The position numbers and the translations under genes are program-made. The notes under the pieces were generated by a model. That model was not told the DNA's origin. It was given only the letters and a program-made list of their open reading frames with translations, and did not search any database. A stretch of 63,163 bases of DNA, counting the filler, from Sanchytrium tribonematis (taxonomy: Eukaryota): the NCBI GenBank assembly GCA_018985235.1. It is 9 parts of 9 records of this genome, joined end to end, with 100 filler letters (N's around TTAATTAATTAA, not from the genome) between each part and the next. Parts side by side here need not be neighbours in the genome. Positions count along the whole stretch, not along the records: positions 42,238 to 49,167 come from JADGIG010000484.1; positions 49,268 to 56,170 come from JADGIG010000485.1; 7 more parts are not named here. One strand, given 5' to 3'. Below are positions 42,238-54,753 of this stretch, in pieces (the first letter of the stretch is position 1; every line of letters begins with the position of its first letter).

Positions 42238-45200
42238 GCCGCCATGCTCCATACCATTTTTCATTAATTGCCGAGCGTGTACTTCTTGACCTTGCCCCAT
42301 AGAAATGATGTTCATTGGAACTTTTGATTGTTTGCTCAAATTCTCTAAATCGCTGGTAGGATCAGATCCCTGACTCAGAAGCGCGATCATTGGTGTTTTA
42401 TTGTTAGACTCCATCAATAACTCAGATAGGTTTAGAATGAGAGGCTGCGTAAATACTTCTCCAAGTGTACTTTGAATATATTTCCTTGCCATGCCCAATA
42501 CTTTGTCAATGCAGAAACATCTAATGAAAAGCATATGATGAAATGGTTTCAATTCTAAATTTGGAAGCGAGATAGTTTCTGGCTGATCATTTTCGTACCA
42601 CGCTTTCCATTGCTTTTCATTATGCTCTATATTCTCCAAAATTTCATGAAATTGTGGCAAAACCTGGATAGCGGTCAAGTTCAGCCAAATTGTATCAGAT
42701 ATCCAACTAAAAGGTTTTTTGGCGGTAGATTGACTTAATGCGCCTGCCCTTATAAACAAATTGAATTCATCCATGGTAATTTTTCCCAAATTCAAATCGA
42801 TTTTGAGACTTAGCAACAAAGTAAACATCAATTTGTGTTTTTCGTACAAACCTCTGGTAAAATACGAGTAAACCTTGTAAGTTAGATATTCCAAAATGTT
42901 TTCTATTCTCTTGTTTGTCATAATATCGGGTTGGCTTTTCTCCATGCTATAGTCAAATAATTGTAAAAATTGTTTTAAACTTGTTTGATACATATTGCAA
43001 ACATTAGCAAAGTCACTCAACAAAAAGTACAAAATACTGCCTCGAACTGCAATAACTCTGTACTCATCTCTAGCATGAGTTATCTTTTTATTGGTTTCAG
43101 CAGCAACAACCAGCTTGTCATTGACCTCGACACTTGTTTTTTTAGTATTTTCCAAGACTAAAACCAAGGATTCATCTTCAACTAAACTACCTTGAGTTGA
43201 GCTTAGTCTTTGTAATAAATTATCTTCTAATTCTTTGATTTTCTTTTTGTTGCTACTAATTTCTTCTAAAAGCTTTACTCTTTCAATTTCCAATTCCTTC
43301 TTTTCTCTTAAAATTACTCTGCCCAATAATTGTTCCTCCAGACCACGCTGGGTTACCGTAAAGTCGATAACACTGGTCTTAGCGAAGATTTCGGGTGTGT
43401 AATTTGGATTGGGTAGTTTAGTCGTCATATATAATTTAAATCCATTAGTGAAATCAAGATCTTTGTCTCCAAACATAACTTTGAAATTTTTACCACTTTT
43501 CAACAAATTTCGCTCCAAAATATTGTCCAAAGTAGGATCAACGAATTCTTCTACGTCCTCAATTAATAATGGCCTGCCACTATTCACAGCGTCCTCTACA
43601 TGGTTTCTGAAATACTTGTTGGCAAAATTTGTAACAATCAAAGATTTACCTTCCTTTTTAGCAATCCAGCTTCTTGCTTGAGATTGAGGATCTATTATCA
43701 GAGGATATCTACTTCCCATTGTTGTAATAATTCCATTTTGAACAGACAATTCATCGTTAGGAAGTCCTTGTAATTGCCATTCGTCCAAGACTATATTTTC
43801 GACCATGAAACTAGTCAAATGAAAATCGTTTGAAAATGGAATCTTATTTTCGAGCAATCTTGTTTTCCAATTTTGCATCATTTTGAATCTAAATTCAAAA
43901 TTAAACGGACCGCAATAGCTTAAAAAGGCGCTCGCTAAAATTACATCCCCAACGAGCTGACCCATTAAATTTTGTAACTCTTTTGCAGTATTTGTCCATC
44001 TTTCTTTCTCTCCTTGAAGCCCATTGATTAGCGCAGTGGCAATTTTCATTTTTTTCCTGCAGCTATCTGCTATATCTTGTAAGTTTTGCTTTTGAGTGAT
44101 AGCATCGTCATACTTCTTCTTTAGTTTATTTAGTTCCATTTCTTTTTCATCCAATTGAGATTGTGCAATTCCAAGATCATTCATTGCAATATTGTACTTG
44201 TGCTCTTGTACAATCAAATTACTTTTTAAGGGAATAACTTTCTTATTAATTTTATAATAAGTACACATGGCTCTGACCCAACAAGCCAGGCCAGCGACAT
44301 CAGCGCTTACCTTTTTTGCACCTTCCATGGTAAAGTCTGCCATTTCAATATAAGGCTCAACCAGTTCCACTGTTTCTTCGGTCATTTCATCTTTTGGAAA
44401 TTTTAATAAACTTCCCAGAAAATCAGGCGTACTAAGAAGTTTTAGAGACTCAGCCCAACTTGGTTTGACGCATGGCCGTTCAGGATCTTGTGTTACACCA
44501 TCTATTTTCTTTTGTTGCAAAATTAGAACACCATCCATAATTCTCATAATTAAATGGGGTGGCTTAGCTAATTTTCTAACCGCTGAAATATGACTAGGCT
44601 GAATACTATTTAATGCATTTGCTGCTTCCTCTAACGCAGGCTGAGCTGCTTCTAATTCAGCCTCGGCAATTTGTTTATCTTTGCTAATTGCATCTGCTAT
44701 AGACTGACAATTGATTTTTACCTTGAACACTTCATCTTTGACAATTTGTGCTTGTGATGTACTGGTCGTAACTTCCTCTAGTACTAAGTCAGCTTCCTTG
44801 CTCGCCACTAATAATTCCTTATCTTTTATAAGTAACTCGCTTTGTAAAACTGATACTGCTACACTAGCTTCATTCAATTTGTTTAGTCCAGTATTCATTC
44901 TGTCAGCCATAAGCCCTACAGTGGAATATTTTAATGCGTACATTTGAATAAATGAGTTGATGAAAGATAAATAAGATTTTGGAGTTAAGAAGACTCGCCT
45001 CCTGAACTGATTTAAATAAACATCACACTGTATTTGACAATCAGTGTGTATCCATGCGATTAGTTGAATGGCCTTTAATTTGACTTCATCCGAACATTGT
45101 AATTGACTGCTTTGTAAATATTTTTCACTAACTGCAATTAGAGCTTCCTGAGGCCATTTATTGAACCAGTCCAAAGTACAGCCACTTATCAATCCAGGAT

Positions 45201-48200
45201 ATTTGAGAGATCTTTGCCTCAATTGATCACCGACAGGGCTAAAGCATAAAATTACGTGCAAATTCTTTTTTACCCTGTTCATGAAGTAGCCAAATAGTGC
45301 TTCATTAGAGTCTGTTGCTTGAGGAAACTCCTTCCGCATAGGTGTTCTCATGTCGTTACAGATTTGCAAAACCTCATCTTTCAAGAACAAATTTGGAATT
45401 TCGCCACTTGTCAGAATATTATTTATAATTCCAAGAAATGATTCATCTTTGATATCGTTATCCGTAAATATGAATGTGGCACTATTGTTGTTTCCACAAT
45501 ATTTGTAAATCAACTTTAAATCTTCTAAAAATGCATTAATATTATAGTTTTTGGTCATTTGCAATTGAAATATTTTAGACTGACAAATAAATGCACTTAA
45601 TTTTGTGAGTGACTGTTTTCCACTTCCTCCAACACCAACTAAAACCATGGATCCTTTTGGTGTCTGTAATTGTCTACAAATCCTGATAATATGATAAATT
45701 GCATCATCAAATAAAACTAGATCTAATTTTCCACTTTTGACTGATTCATTGTATTGAGTTTGATAATTTAATAGTTTAGATCGCAATAAGTCGATTTCGT
45801 ATACTGGCTCATAATATTTGTAATTGGTAATTTCAGGGTCCTCCGGCGGATCTCTCATGAAGTCACAGAATACACTTGGTTGCAAATGTTGCTGCGTTTT
45901 GGAAGGTACATTCATGACACTTGATATTGTATTATTAAACCAACCCAAATCCTTCTCGTTGACCAATCTATCACTAAGTACTCTATGGCACTCGTGGTCA
46001 AGTAAAAGGTTAAATTCATTTACAGTTTTAATTGACGTGCTTTTTACTTGAATCATACCTTGAATAATTCTACTTAAATCTCTAAGGTTAAAAATGTAAT
46101 GAAATTTATCAGGCGTAGGCAACATTTTATCCTTGGTAGCTTGCCAAATATTTCTAATTGTCTGAATTGACTGAGAGGAAATAGACTGAATCTCTTGAGT
46201 AAATCCCCTATTATTGAAGTATCCGCTTAATAGTTGGCCAAATATCTTGTCTATACTCTTATTGCTGGGTAAAGTGCAATTTAAAATGCAAAATTGTCGC
46301 TTCAATCTATTTGGAATATCATTCCTACCTCCACCAGGATGCATCATAGCTGCCAAATATTTCACATCCACAATTGATGTCCATTCGCCAGGTCTATCTA
46401 AAGAATACATTCCTCCATTTTCCATTAGTTGACGTAATATTTCAGCAGTTGGTTGATCACCCCAATTGTTTATTTCTGGCATATTAACATCATCAATAAA
46501 TAAGTTTAATTGTTTACCACTAGGCGGTCCATAAGTGCTTCCCAATCTTTTCTCTACTATGCTTTCAATAGTTCGTTGGAAAACATTTGGAGTCGTTGCA
46601 CTGCTGAATGCCACTACTTTATTCATTTGATTTGTAGATTGAATATATTTTGAGATTGTAACCGTTTTGGCACTTCCAGGCTCCCCAATAAGCATCACTG
46701 GTTGATGGTCCATTAACTTTTGTATAAGATATTGAGTTTTAATATTATCAATATTAGGAATAAATAGATCGCTAAAATCGAAGGCACCTGCAGGGAATTC
46801 CCAGTTTGGGACCAAATTTGACCACTCTTGCCATTCATGATTTTGAAGAAAATAATCACCCAAAGAAGCTGGGCTTGTTGGATCTGATTTCTTTGGTAGA
46901 TCGAGCCAAGTAAATTCATTTCTGATAAATTGATATAATAACTCTCGTTCCTGAAGCTCCAAGAGACTTCCAAATGACCACATGATTGAAAATGCATAAG
47001 ACCGATTAACACTTAAAGCATCTACTTTGTCCAATAATATCGCATCCATCATTTTACTGGTAAACTGAAAATAAGACACATCAGGGATTTGCATCCTAGG
47101 ATGTAGCTCCTTTAGATATGAAAGAAGTTGAGAAAATGACTTTGTAAAGCAATCTTCGATGGCGCCCGAGGCGGAGGATCTTTTGGTATTTCGCAACAAC
47201 CAACTTCGCATTACCTGTTGCCATGTGAGTGTATTTTCTCCAACATAAATCATTCCACATCTACTGACTGTAGCTGGAGAAGCATTTCTCAAAGAATCCA
47301 CCTCAAAAACAAGCTTTGCAGTGTTGGACATGATCAATCGATCTCCATTTGCCAACGTAAGAGTCTTGTTGTCGTCCAGCACAGAATTCAGATTTTCAAT
47401 CCATACAGCATCCACGGGGCCATCCAATATGATCCATATGTTTTCTCCCTTTCTTTTTAAGGTTTTACGCCACAAGGCACTGAAAATACCATCAGTCCAA
47501 TCATTTGTTGAAACGTCAAGCTTGCCAAACATTTGGAAGTCCAAAATAGATTTGGGATTCATTCTAACATCCTTATGTGGATTATTTAATATTGTAAATG
47601 CATTAAGCAATGTTTGGATAATTTTTGTTTTACCACTACCTGTTGGGCCAAGCATCATTATTCCGTGTCTAACTTTTTGCGTCTCATATAATTGAATGCA
47701 TTTTAAATTGAATTCGTCTGATCCAGTCAGCTGAAGATCCAGCAAGGTCTTTTGTATAGCGGCCTCAATTTCAGGATAGCTACCTTTAGGTGAGGTAATG
47801 GATGGAAATAAATCAGTAATAAGTCCGCTGAAGATCTGTTCGTCTTCATCTACAAGTTTTGACATATTCATATCTCTAAGTACTCTCATCATAATCATAT
47901 CTTCACTGTCTAGAGGATTTGATCTCTTAACGCTTCCACAAGTACGCAAAACACTTAAAATATTTCGAAGACCAAAATCGTAATGAACCTGCTTGCTCAA
48001 TTGCTCTTCGCATAATTTATAGAGTACAAAAAACTTTCTAGCAAGTGCATTATTATTGATGAAACCGCAACCCGCTAATTTTACTTTAATAATAATTTGA
48101 CGATCCGGAACCATCATTGCAACGTATCTAAAGTAAACTTTGAGATTTTCAGGCAATTCTACCCTGCCGGCGTAGCCAGGATTCATTGTGATAAAAAATC

Positions 48201-49167
48201 CAACTTCTGGATTCAACTCAATTTGTTCGCCATCTGTAAAAGTAAATATAGATTTTTTCTCTTTCTTGGCGTTCAGCACTGAGGCAATTTGTTGCGCGGC
48301 GACACTTAAAACAGGTAGCTCAATTCTGTTAAACTCGTCAAAGCATCCCCAACAACCGCTTTGTGCTAATCCTTTATATATTCTTCCGAGTCCTCGATAA
48401 TCCATTTGATCTGAACAATTAAAAACGACAACCCACTTTCCTAAAGCTTTGCCCATATCTTTTGTTGTTTCTGTTTTACCGGTACCAGCTGGTCCTGCTG
48501 GAGATCCACCCAAATTGAGTCCCATTGCTTGAGCTAGAGTACAGTAACATCTGTCAGTCAAGGGCGTGATGACCAGTCTATCTGTACAGCCTAGATATTC
48601 ACACTGATATTGAAAGTCAAAGTTTGTTATACTAACAACACATTTGTCTTCATCCTCTCTGTAGTAAAATCTGGACTGCTTTAGCCATTCAAAGTCATCA
48701 ATTCCTTTGATATTCATCTTAAAAAGATCCTCAGATACGTCTCGGTGATGAACTTGAATAGTAATAAGAGTCTCATATTTAATTCTGTCCATTTTGTTAA
48801 GTTCTTTAGTAGTTTGACCAATCAAAGTATTTAAGACCGCAGTGATCTTGCCAAGTGCCAATTGCTGAGATTTTTTGTCTTTGCTCAATATTGCCTCTTC
48901 CATTATGCTGGTCCAACTTATTTGAAGACAAAGCAAACCAATTTGAGCGGGGTATTTTTCAATTATTTGAAAAAGGTCCACGTCTTGCATCTCAGAAACT
49001 GCTTGTTTGATCACATATTGCACAGTTTTCCGGACGGTATCCAAAAGAGTTCCCAGCCAGATTTCCACGTTACCTGTGGCGGTAAACGACTTGTAAAATG
49101 GTACAGTTTCGCCTTCCATACTTTCCATGCCAATGATCTTATCATATTCTTTTGAGTCAAACTGCAC
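42238..49167 (-). CDS. Axonemal outer-arm dynein heavy chain (DNAH5/8, gamma-type); internal fragment, no frame-breaking intron
   Basis: AAA1 GPAGTGKTET, AAA2 GPTGSGKT with FGKLDVSTNDWTDGIFSALWRK, AAA3 GEPGSAKT, AAA4 GVGGSGKQSL, stalk, AAA5; ORF spans the whole contig. Confidence 0.93.
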
Positions 49168-49267
49168 NNNNNNNNNNNNNNNNNNNNNNNNNNNNNNNNN
49201 NNNNNNNNNNNTTAATTAATTAANNNNNNNNNNNNNNNNNNNNNNNNNNNNNNNNNNNNNNNNNNNN

Positions 49268-49853
49268 CCTCAAGTATTTCTGAATCACTGTGGCCATAGT
49301 TTCCATTAAAATTAATGTAAATTTCCCTATAAAAAAGTTTTGCCAGCAATTCTACTTGTCCATGCAATTGAATCTTATTGTTTTCCAAATCGATGACTTT
49401 TAAAGTTTGAAACTCATTTGCAATAATTTGAATAAATGGTAGATCTTCTGCTAGCAAAGTACCATTAGGAAGGTTTAAATAAACAAGATTTTTCACGCCT
49501 GCTTGATATAAGCTTTTCGAAATCGTGTCCTTCAGCTCGTCACAATAAACATTTCGAGAATCCTTTAGTAATGGTATATTCAACTTTGATGAATGTACTT
49601 TACCATCTAGATCCACTACCAGACCCCCTTCAAGTATTTTTAGGACAGGGGAATCATCACTTAAATGCAATTGATTTACCAATGCAATTATTTTAATTAA
49701 ATGATTTTTTAAAGGTGAACTACGTTCAACTGCATCAATTAAATCATCTCTGGTAACATAATTATATTGACTCTCCGTCAAGTCTGTAAAATATGGCCGC
49801 AAATCAGAGAATTGTTTAAATTTTAGTAAGGTCATGAACTTTCCGTAAGACAT
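49268..49853 (-). CDS. Hypothetical protein with LRR-like segment (3' partial)
   Basis: LVYLNLPNG..LKVIDLENNKI..YINFNGN. Confidence 0.55.
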
Positions 49854-50184
49854 GTCTCACTTTTCCTCCCTTCAAATTAAATCACTTATAAATTAAACTT
49901 GCTCCGGCGATCAAAAAGTAAACTCTGGTATTTGGAAAAGAGATTTTGAATGGGTGCTCAATAAGTTGACTTTTGTATTTAGCAGTAAAATTTAAAATCT
50001 GTATAAATTTAACAGCTATCAATAGAACATGCTATATTAAATAGGAATAAAATCAAATCAAAATTTTAACTGATTCTTAATTGCCTACTTTTGTCCCTAT
50101 CATTGGACATTGATCTAGCTCAATGTAACTTTTAAAAATCAGTAAATTTATTTTTACCATACTTAATTGTACGTAACACAACTT

Positions 50185-50538
50185 TCAAGAGTTGGATGGA
50201 GCAATTGCAGCCCTAGTCTGTTGCTGCACCGCATTGGCTTGCTGTTGAAGTTTTCCAGATTGCTCGGAAGACACTGGCGGTATTTGTAAATTTGGTAATT
50301 GATTTCGGTCACCATTTTGAGCAGTCGTGATATTTGGTAGCTCGGGTCTATGTTGTTTGTCTTTTCCTAATAAATGCTGTATTCCAACAGTAAGTAAAGG
50401 CGCTAGCACCAATAGCGAACTGGCTGAAATCACCCATCCCATTGCAGCATTAGCATGATTGGCTAAATCTACTTTTCTCATGAGATTCCCGAGGTGTGGA
50501 ATTGGACTACAAATTACAACAAAGATATAAAACAACAT
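50185..50538 (-). CDS. Hypothetical secreted/membrane protein with Gln-rich tail
   Basis: Signal-like MLFYIFVVICS-PIP, one internal hydrophobic helix. Confidence 0.5.
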   Translation of the reverse strand: MLFYIFVVICSPIPHLGNLMRKVDLANHANAAMGWVISASSLLVLAPLLTVGIQHLLGKDKQHRPELPNITTAQNGDRNQLPNLQIPPVSSEQSGKLQQQANAVQQQTRAAIAPSNS

Positions 50539-50644
50539 TGTCACTACGGGGAAATATGGATTCAAAAATGTGTTTTAGTAGCACAAGAAAATTTGTCCCT
50601 CTTGTGCTACGTTGCACTGCCAACATTTCAAGACTCAAAATTTA

Positions 50645-52429
50645 TTACTTGGTCAAGTCCAATTTGGAATCAAGTCTCTCGCTTAACTCTCCATCGACCT
50701 TGTAATTTAAGAATGGTGCAAATACTGCCTCACTCCCCAAGGTAAAATCATTGTGAACTGCAGTCAACAAGCTGTATTCGTTTAACACATTCATCAATAA
50801 CTCACGACTTTTGCTACCGGAGTCGTATAAATTGGCCCATTCTTTCCATAATTCGTAAGCCTCACTCTTCCATGCAATCAATGCTTCTTTCTGCATAATT
50901 GTTGGTTGCATGACTTCTTTTCCAGGAAACACACCCCAAGTTAACGCAATTGGCTCATCATCTGCATGATTTGTTGAGATGTCGCCTTGTTTGTTAATCA
51001 AATAATAAGTGATCTGATCAGAATTAAAAGATTTCACTAGATCTAATTGACTATTATGCACAAAACATTCCACATATGCTCTCTGATAAACATAGCCATT
51101 GGAAGGACCCCAACCGTGAACAGAATCACTGGATTTTAAACCATTAACACTCGGCTGAGAATTAATTGTCAAAAATCCACGATTGTTCATTTGACCCAAT
51201 AAATCACTGATTTTTGAGGATTCTGCACTCCATTGATCACACCAAGGAAGCATTGTAATCTCTCTATTACAAAATTTCATAAAAACTTGAATCAAATCAC
51301 TTGTAGATGTTGGATATCCCCACATTTCAAGTGCTTGACCGCGTTCTACTTTCAATTGACATCCATAACCATCCAATTCACCAAAAGCACAACTATCCGC
51401 ATTACCCCATCGTCCATTGGGAAATTCATCCCATTCTTTAGTGCGTTGTAAATACGATTCTGTTCTGTTGCTCCAATAAACGGGTCTGCAATATTCGCTG
51501 ACTCTAGATTCATGTAATGATTTTGGCCATGGAAGTGGCTTTACTTGATCATACAGAGGCACGAGATGCAATTCATTTAAAATACATTTAGTAGAAGTCT
51601 CCAAATTGAGAGTATAAAAATGAAAATTCGAAATATCATACTGCATAATCTCTTTGCACATTTGAACAGCCAACTTGATACCATATTCTTTTACCAATTG
51701 ATCATCTTCCTTAATTGGCTCCAAAGATTCCATGATTTCTTTAGGCACATGAGTTTTACAAAGTGAAGTCATTCTCATGAATCCTTTATAGGACTGGATT
51801 GGCATGATACCTGGTAAAATTGGGATATTGATATCTAGATCGCGACAATCTTTGACAAACTTCAAAAACAAATGCGTGTCATAAAATAATTGAGTCACAA
51901 TATAATCTGCTCCAGCTTCTACTTTTTCTTTCAAATATTTCAAGTCAGTCTGCATATCGACAGCATCCGAATGCATTTCTGGATATCCTGCAACGCCAAT
52001 ACAAAAGTAATCTCCATAATTCTTTCTCATATATTTAACAAGATCAACAGCATGGTTAAATTTGTGATCTGACGAAAAATAATCTGCGTTAAACTTTGGT
52101 GGATCGCCTCGCAATGCCAAAATATTACGCATGCCCATTCGCTGGCATGTGTCCAAAGTATCTTTTAAAATTTGCTCCTCCAAGTTGGTGCAGGTCACAT
52201 GTAAACAGGTTTCCATTCCCAATACATTATACATATACTCGGCGATTTCCAAGGATAGCTCGCAAGTAGATCCAGAAGCACCCCACGTGATGTCACTAAA
52301 TGTGGGTCCTAATAATTGCATATTTGAAAGCCGCTTAAATAGATTATATTTTCCAGGGAGCGTCTTGGGAGGAAAGTATTCAAATGACCAGTTGAGTGAT
52401 TTTTGTTCCAATTTCTTTGTAATTTTCAT
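50645..52429 (-). CDS. MET13: Methylenetetrahydrofolate reductase (eukaryotic, with C-terminal regulatory domain)
   Basis: SFEYFPPKT, HVTCTN, ILALRGDPP, VAGYPE.H, TQLFYD, HFYTLN, WDEFPNGRWG, TINSQP, TWGVFPGKE. Confidence 0.95.
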   Translation of the reverse strand: MKITKKLEQKSLNWSFEYFPPKTLPGKYNLFKRLSNMQLLGPTFSDITWGASGSTCELSLEIAEYMYNVLGMETCLHVTCTNLEEQILKDTLDTCQRMGMRNILALRGDPPKFNADYFSSDHKFNHAVDLVKYMRKNYGDYFCIGVAGYPEMHSDAVDMQTDLKYLKEKVEAGADYIVTQLFYDTHLFLKFVKDCRDLDINIPILPGIMPIQSYKGFMRMTSLCKTHVPKEIMESLEPIKEDDQLVKEYGIKLAVQMCKEIMQYDISNFHFYTLNLETSTKCILNELHLVPLYDQVKPLPWPKSLHESRVSEYCRPVYWSNRTESYLQRTKEWDEFPNGRWGNADSCAFGELDGYGCQLKVERGQALEMWGYPTSTSDLIQVFMKFCNREITMLPWCDQWSAESSKISDLLGQMNNRGFLTINSQPSVNGLKSSDSVHGWGPSNGYVYQRAYVECFVHNSQLDLVKSFNSDQITYYLINKQGDISTNHADDEPIALTWGVFPGKEVMQPTIMQKEALIAWKSEAYELWKEWANLYDSGSKSRELLMNVLNEYSLLTAVHNDFTLGSEAVFAPFLNYKVDGELSERLDSKLDLTK

Positions 52430-53243
52430 TAATTAGCAAATGTTTGAGAATGGGGACGGATTTCAAACATATCGCGCGAATGGTTCCCATCAGAAGCAAG
52501 GAGTTTCTTATTGGTTATTAATTAATTTGGTAAAACACCAAGCGGATGCAAAGGTTACGCGTAAAAATGAGAAAAGGTAGTGGTAAAAATTGTCAATTTT
52601 GTGGAACGGTATAAATTAAATTTATGTAAAATTACCTATGCAATAAAACTCAAAATTTTCGGATATCATATAGGCATGCAAGGTCTATCCTCCTATACAC
52701 GTATGACGCGAAACATTTCCTTATAATTGTTTAAAAAGTCATGTTGTGTCTCAGAGTCTTCTAGTTGAGGCCATGGTAGGTGATTTTTAGGATTTGATTG
52801 GTTAAATGTTAGCCAGTTAAATAAAAACTAAAATACCAAATTATCTTTCAATTTATTAAATTTCCAAGAAATTCATTTTTGTGAGTATGTTAGGTAAAAA
52901 ATATTTGGGAGTTTGCAGATTGAAATTTTCAAACGTATTCTCTGTATAGATTTCGGCCAAATACGATTTTCTTTTTTCGATTTCATATACGAAGTAAATC
53001 AATTAAACTATATACTCTTATGTGTAAAAATTCCTTTATCTAAATTCGACGTTGCAACAAAGGAGTGCCATCTTGATTTAAATGCCTCAGTATATTTTCG
53101 ACATCCCATGGCTAGATCCGCACTATTAAAAAGGATTTAAATGGCATACGAAAGAATCTGAAACGAGATACCAATGTGACTATGACGTCAACACAAAAAC
53201 GACGTTTTGGTCACTTTATAAAGAAACAACCTGATTATCACAA

Positions 53244-54331
53244 ATGAAACTAGTGACTTTCATTTCCATACTTTATATCGGATTCAGTATTATTTTCACT
53301 ACCATATGGACTGGAATCTGGATTTTATATCCAGGTAATTTAAATCTGTCATCTGAAATAGAAGCTCGCAAATTATTTACACCCATGCTTCCGACTACTA
53401 TATCCCCAAACTACTACAAAGGAACAGAAATTTCTGGAATATCAATTGCTACCATGATTACTTTGGAGAGATTACCGAGGCTGAAAATCTTAGTTGAAAA
53501 TTACAAAGGACCAATTAGCTGTGTTTTGCACATTGAAAATGAAGAACAATTAACAGAATTACATAAAATGTCATTTACTCAACAAGAATTATCCAGATTA
53601 TATCTTCATGTCATCATGGACAATTTTGATCGACAATTTAATTTGTGGCGGAATGTAGCCAAGTTCTATGCCCCATCAGATGTCATTTTGATGCTAGACA
53701 TTGATTTTTATTTACCAAATGTCAACGAAATGATGCATTCTGTAGATTTCAAGGCAGTGGCTGAAGGTAATTTAATATTAATTTAGGAAATTTGGTTTAT
53801 GTCGTTCCTGCATTTGAATATTCTAATCAACATAAGCAAACTCTTTATCCCGACTTTCCAAAATCCAAGCAGGATCTATTATTAGAACTAACCAAAGGCA
53901 CGATTGAAATGTTTCATAAAAAATGGGACAGAGGCCACAAACCAACCAATTATTCAAAATGGTACCATGCGACAGAACCATATCCGATTTCTGACTACAC
54001 TTATAATTATGAGCCATATTTAATTATGGGTAAAAATACCCCTTATTGCGATGAAAGATTTGTAGGTTATGGCAGTAACAAGGCTGCTTGTATTTATCAT
54101 TTGTATTTACATGGATTGGATTTTCAAGTTCATCCTCACTTATTTTTAATTCACCAATATCATCCTTATCCTGAAGCGGATCGGAGTAAAGAAAGAGAAT
54201 ACAATAGATTGTTATATGAACAATACAGGCTGGAAATGTGTATTAAATACATGCGAATGAAAGAAAAGACTACGAAATTGGACAATTTGAAAGGATATAT
54301 GAAACAATGTAGTAATTTACAATGGATATAA
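53244..54331 (+). CDS. GT49 (LARGE-like) glycosyltransferase, type II membrane; exons 53244-53766 and 53787-54331
   Basis: N-terminal TM, QFNLWRNVAK, MLDIDF (DxD), VYVVPAFE, YEPY..PYCDERFVGYGSNK. Confidence 0.85.
53767..53786 (+). other. 20-nt spliceosomal intron (phase 1) in the GT49 gene
   Basis: GTAATTTAATATTAATTTAG; joins two track ORFs into AEGNLVYVVPAFE. Confidence 0.9.
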
Positions 54332-54424
54332 TTCTGACGCATTTTTTAATAAAAGAATGTTTAAAATAACTAAACGATATAAAATTTGTAGCAAGTACAC
54401 TGGGGCAGCATCCTAAAATGCAAA

Positions 54425-54497
54425 AGGGTCCGATGGGATTTGAACCCACAATCTTCTGATTCGTAGTCAGACGATATAACCATTAATCCACGGACCC
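54425..54497 (-). tRNA. tRNA-Arg, anticodon ACG, intronless
   Basis: Acceptor GGGTCCG/CGGACCC, anticodon arm TCTGA-CTACGAA-TCAGA, T-arm GTGGG-TTCAAAT-CCCAT, followed by a T-run. Confidence 0.93.
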
Positions 54498-54753
54498 CGC
54501 TACTTAGAGCCTCATTTTTGACTTATATAATCTTTTCAGCAATGTTCAGTTCACTTCAGAGATACTTGATTGTTTTTAAAAAAGTAATTCTAATTTTGTT
54601 GATGAAGTCTTGATTTTTAAGTGCATAGTATTATTTGTAAACAAGTAAGTAAAGCACCGATTTTGTGCATGATTTGATTCTTTTTCGGTAAATATGGGAA
54701 CTGAGGTAATTTCTCTCAAGTTTGGAACCAGAATTTTCAAAACATTCAACTCC

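Noticed and set aside
43409..49155. Many 60-135 aa ORFs antisense to dynein (likewise within PFK, SDS22, MTHFR, BRAP2)
   Set aside because: Shadow ORFs of long conserved genes with no recognisable motifs.
52430..53243. Longest intergenic-like stretch; searched by eye for snRNA, snoRNA or rRNA
   Set aside because: No recognisable RNA motif; the 75-aa ORF at 52913 has a TTG start and no support. A covariance-model (Rfam) search is needed to exclude a divergent snRNA.
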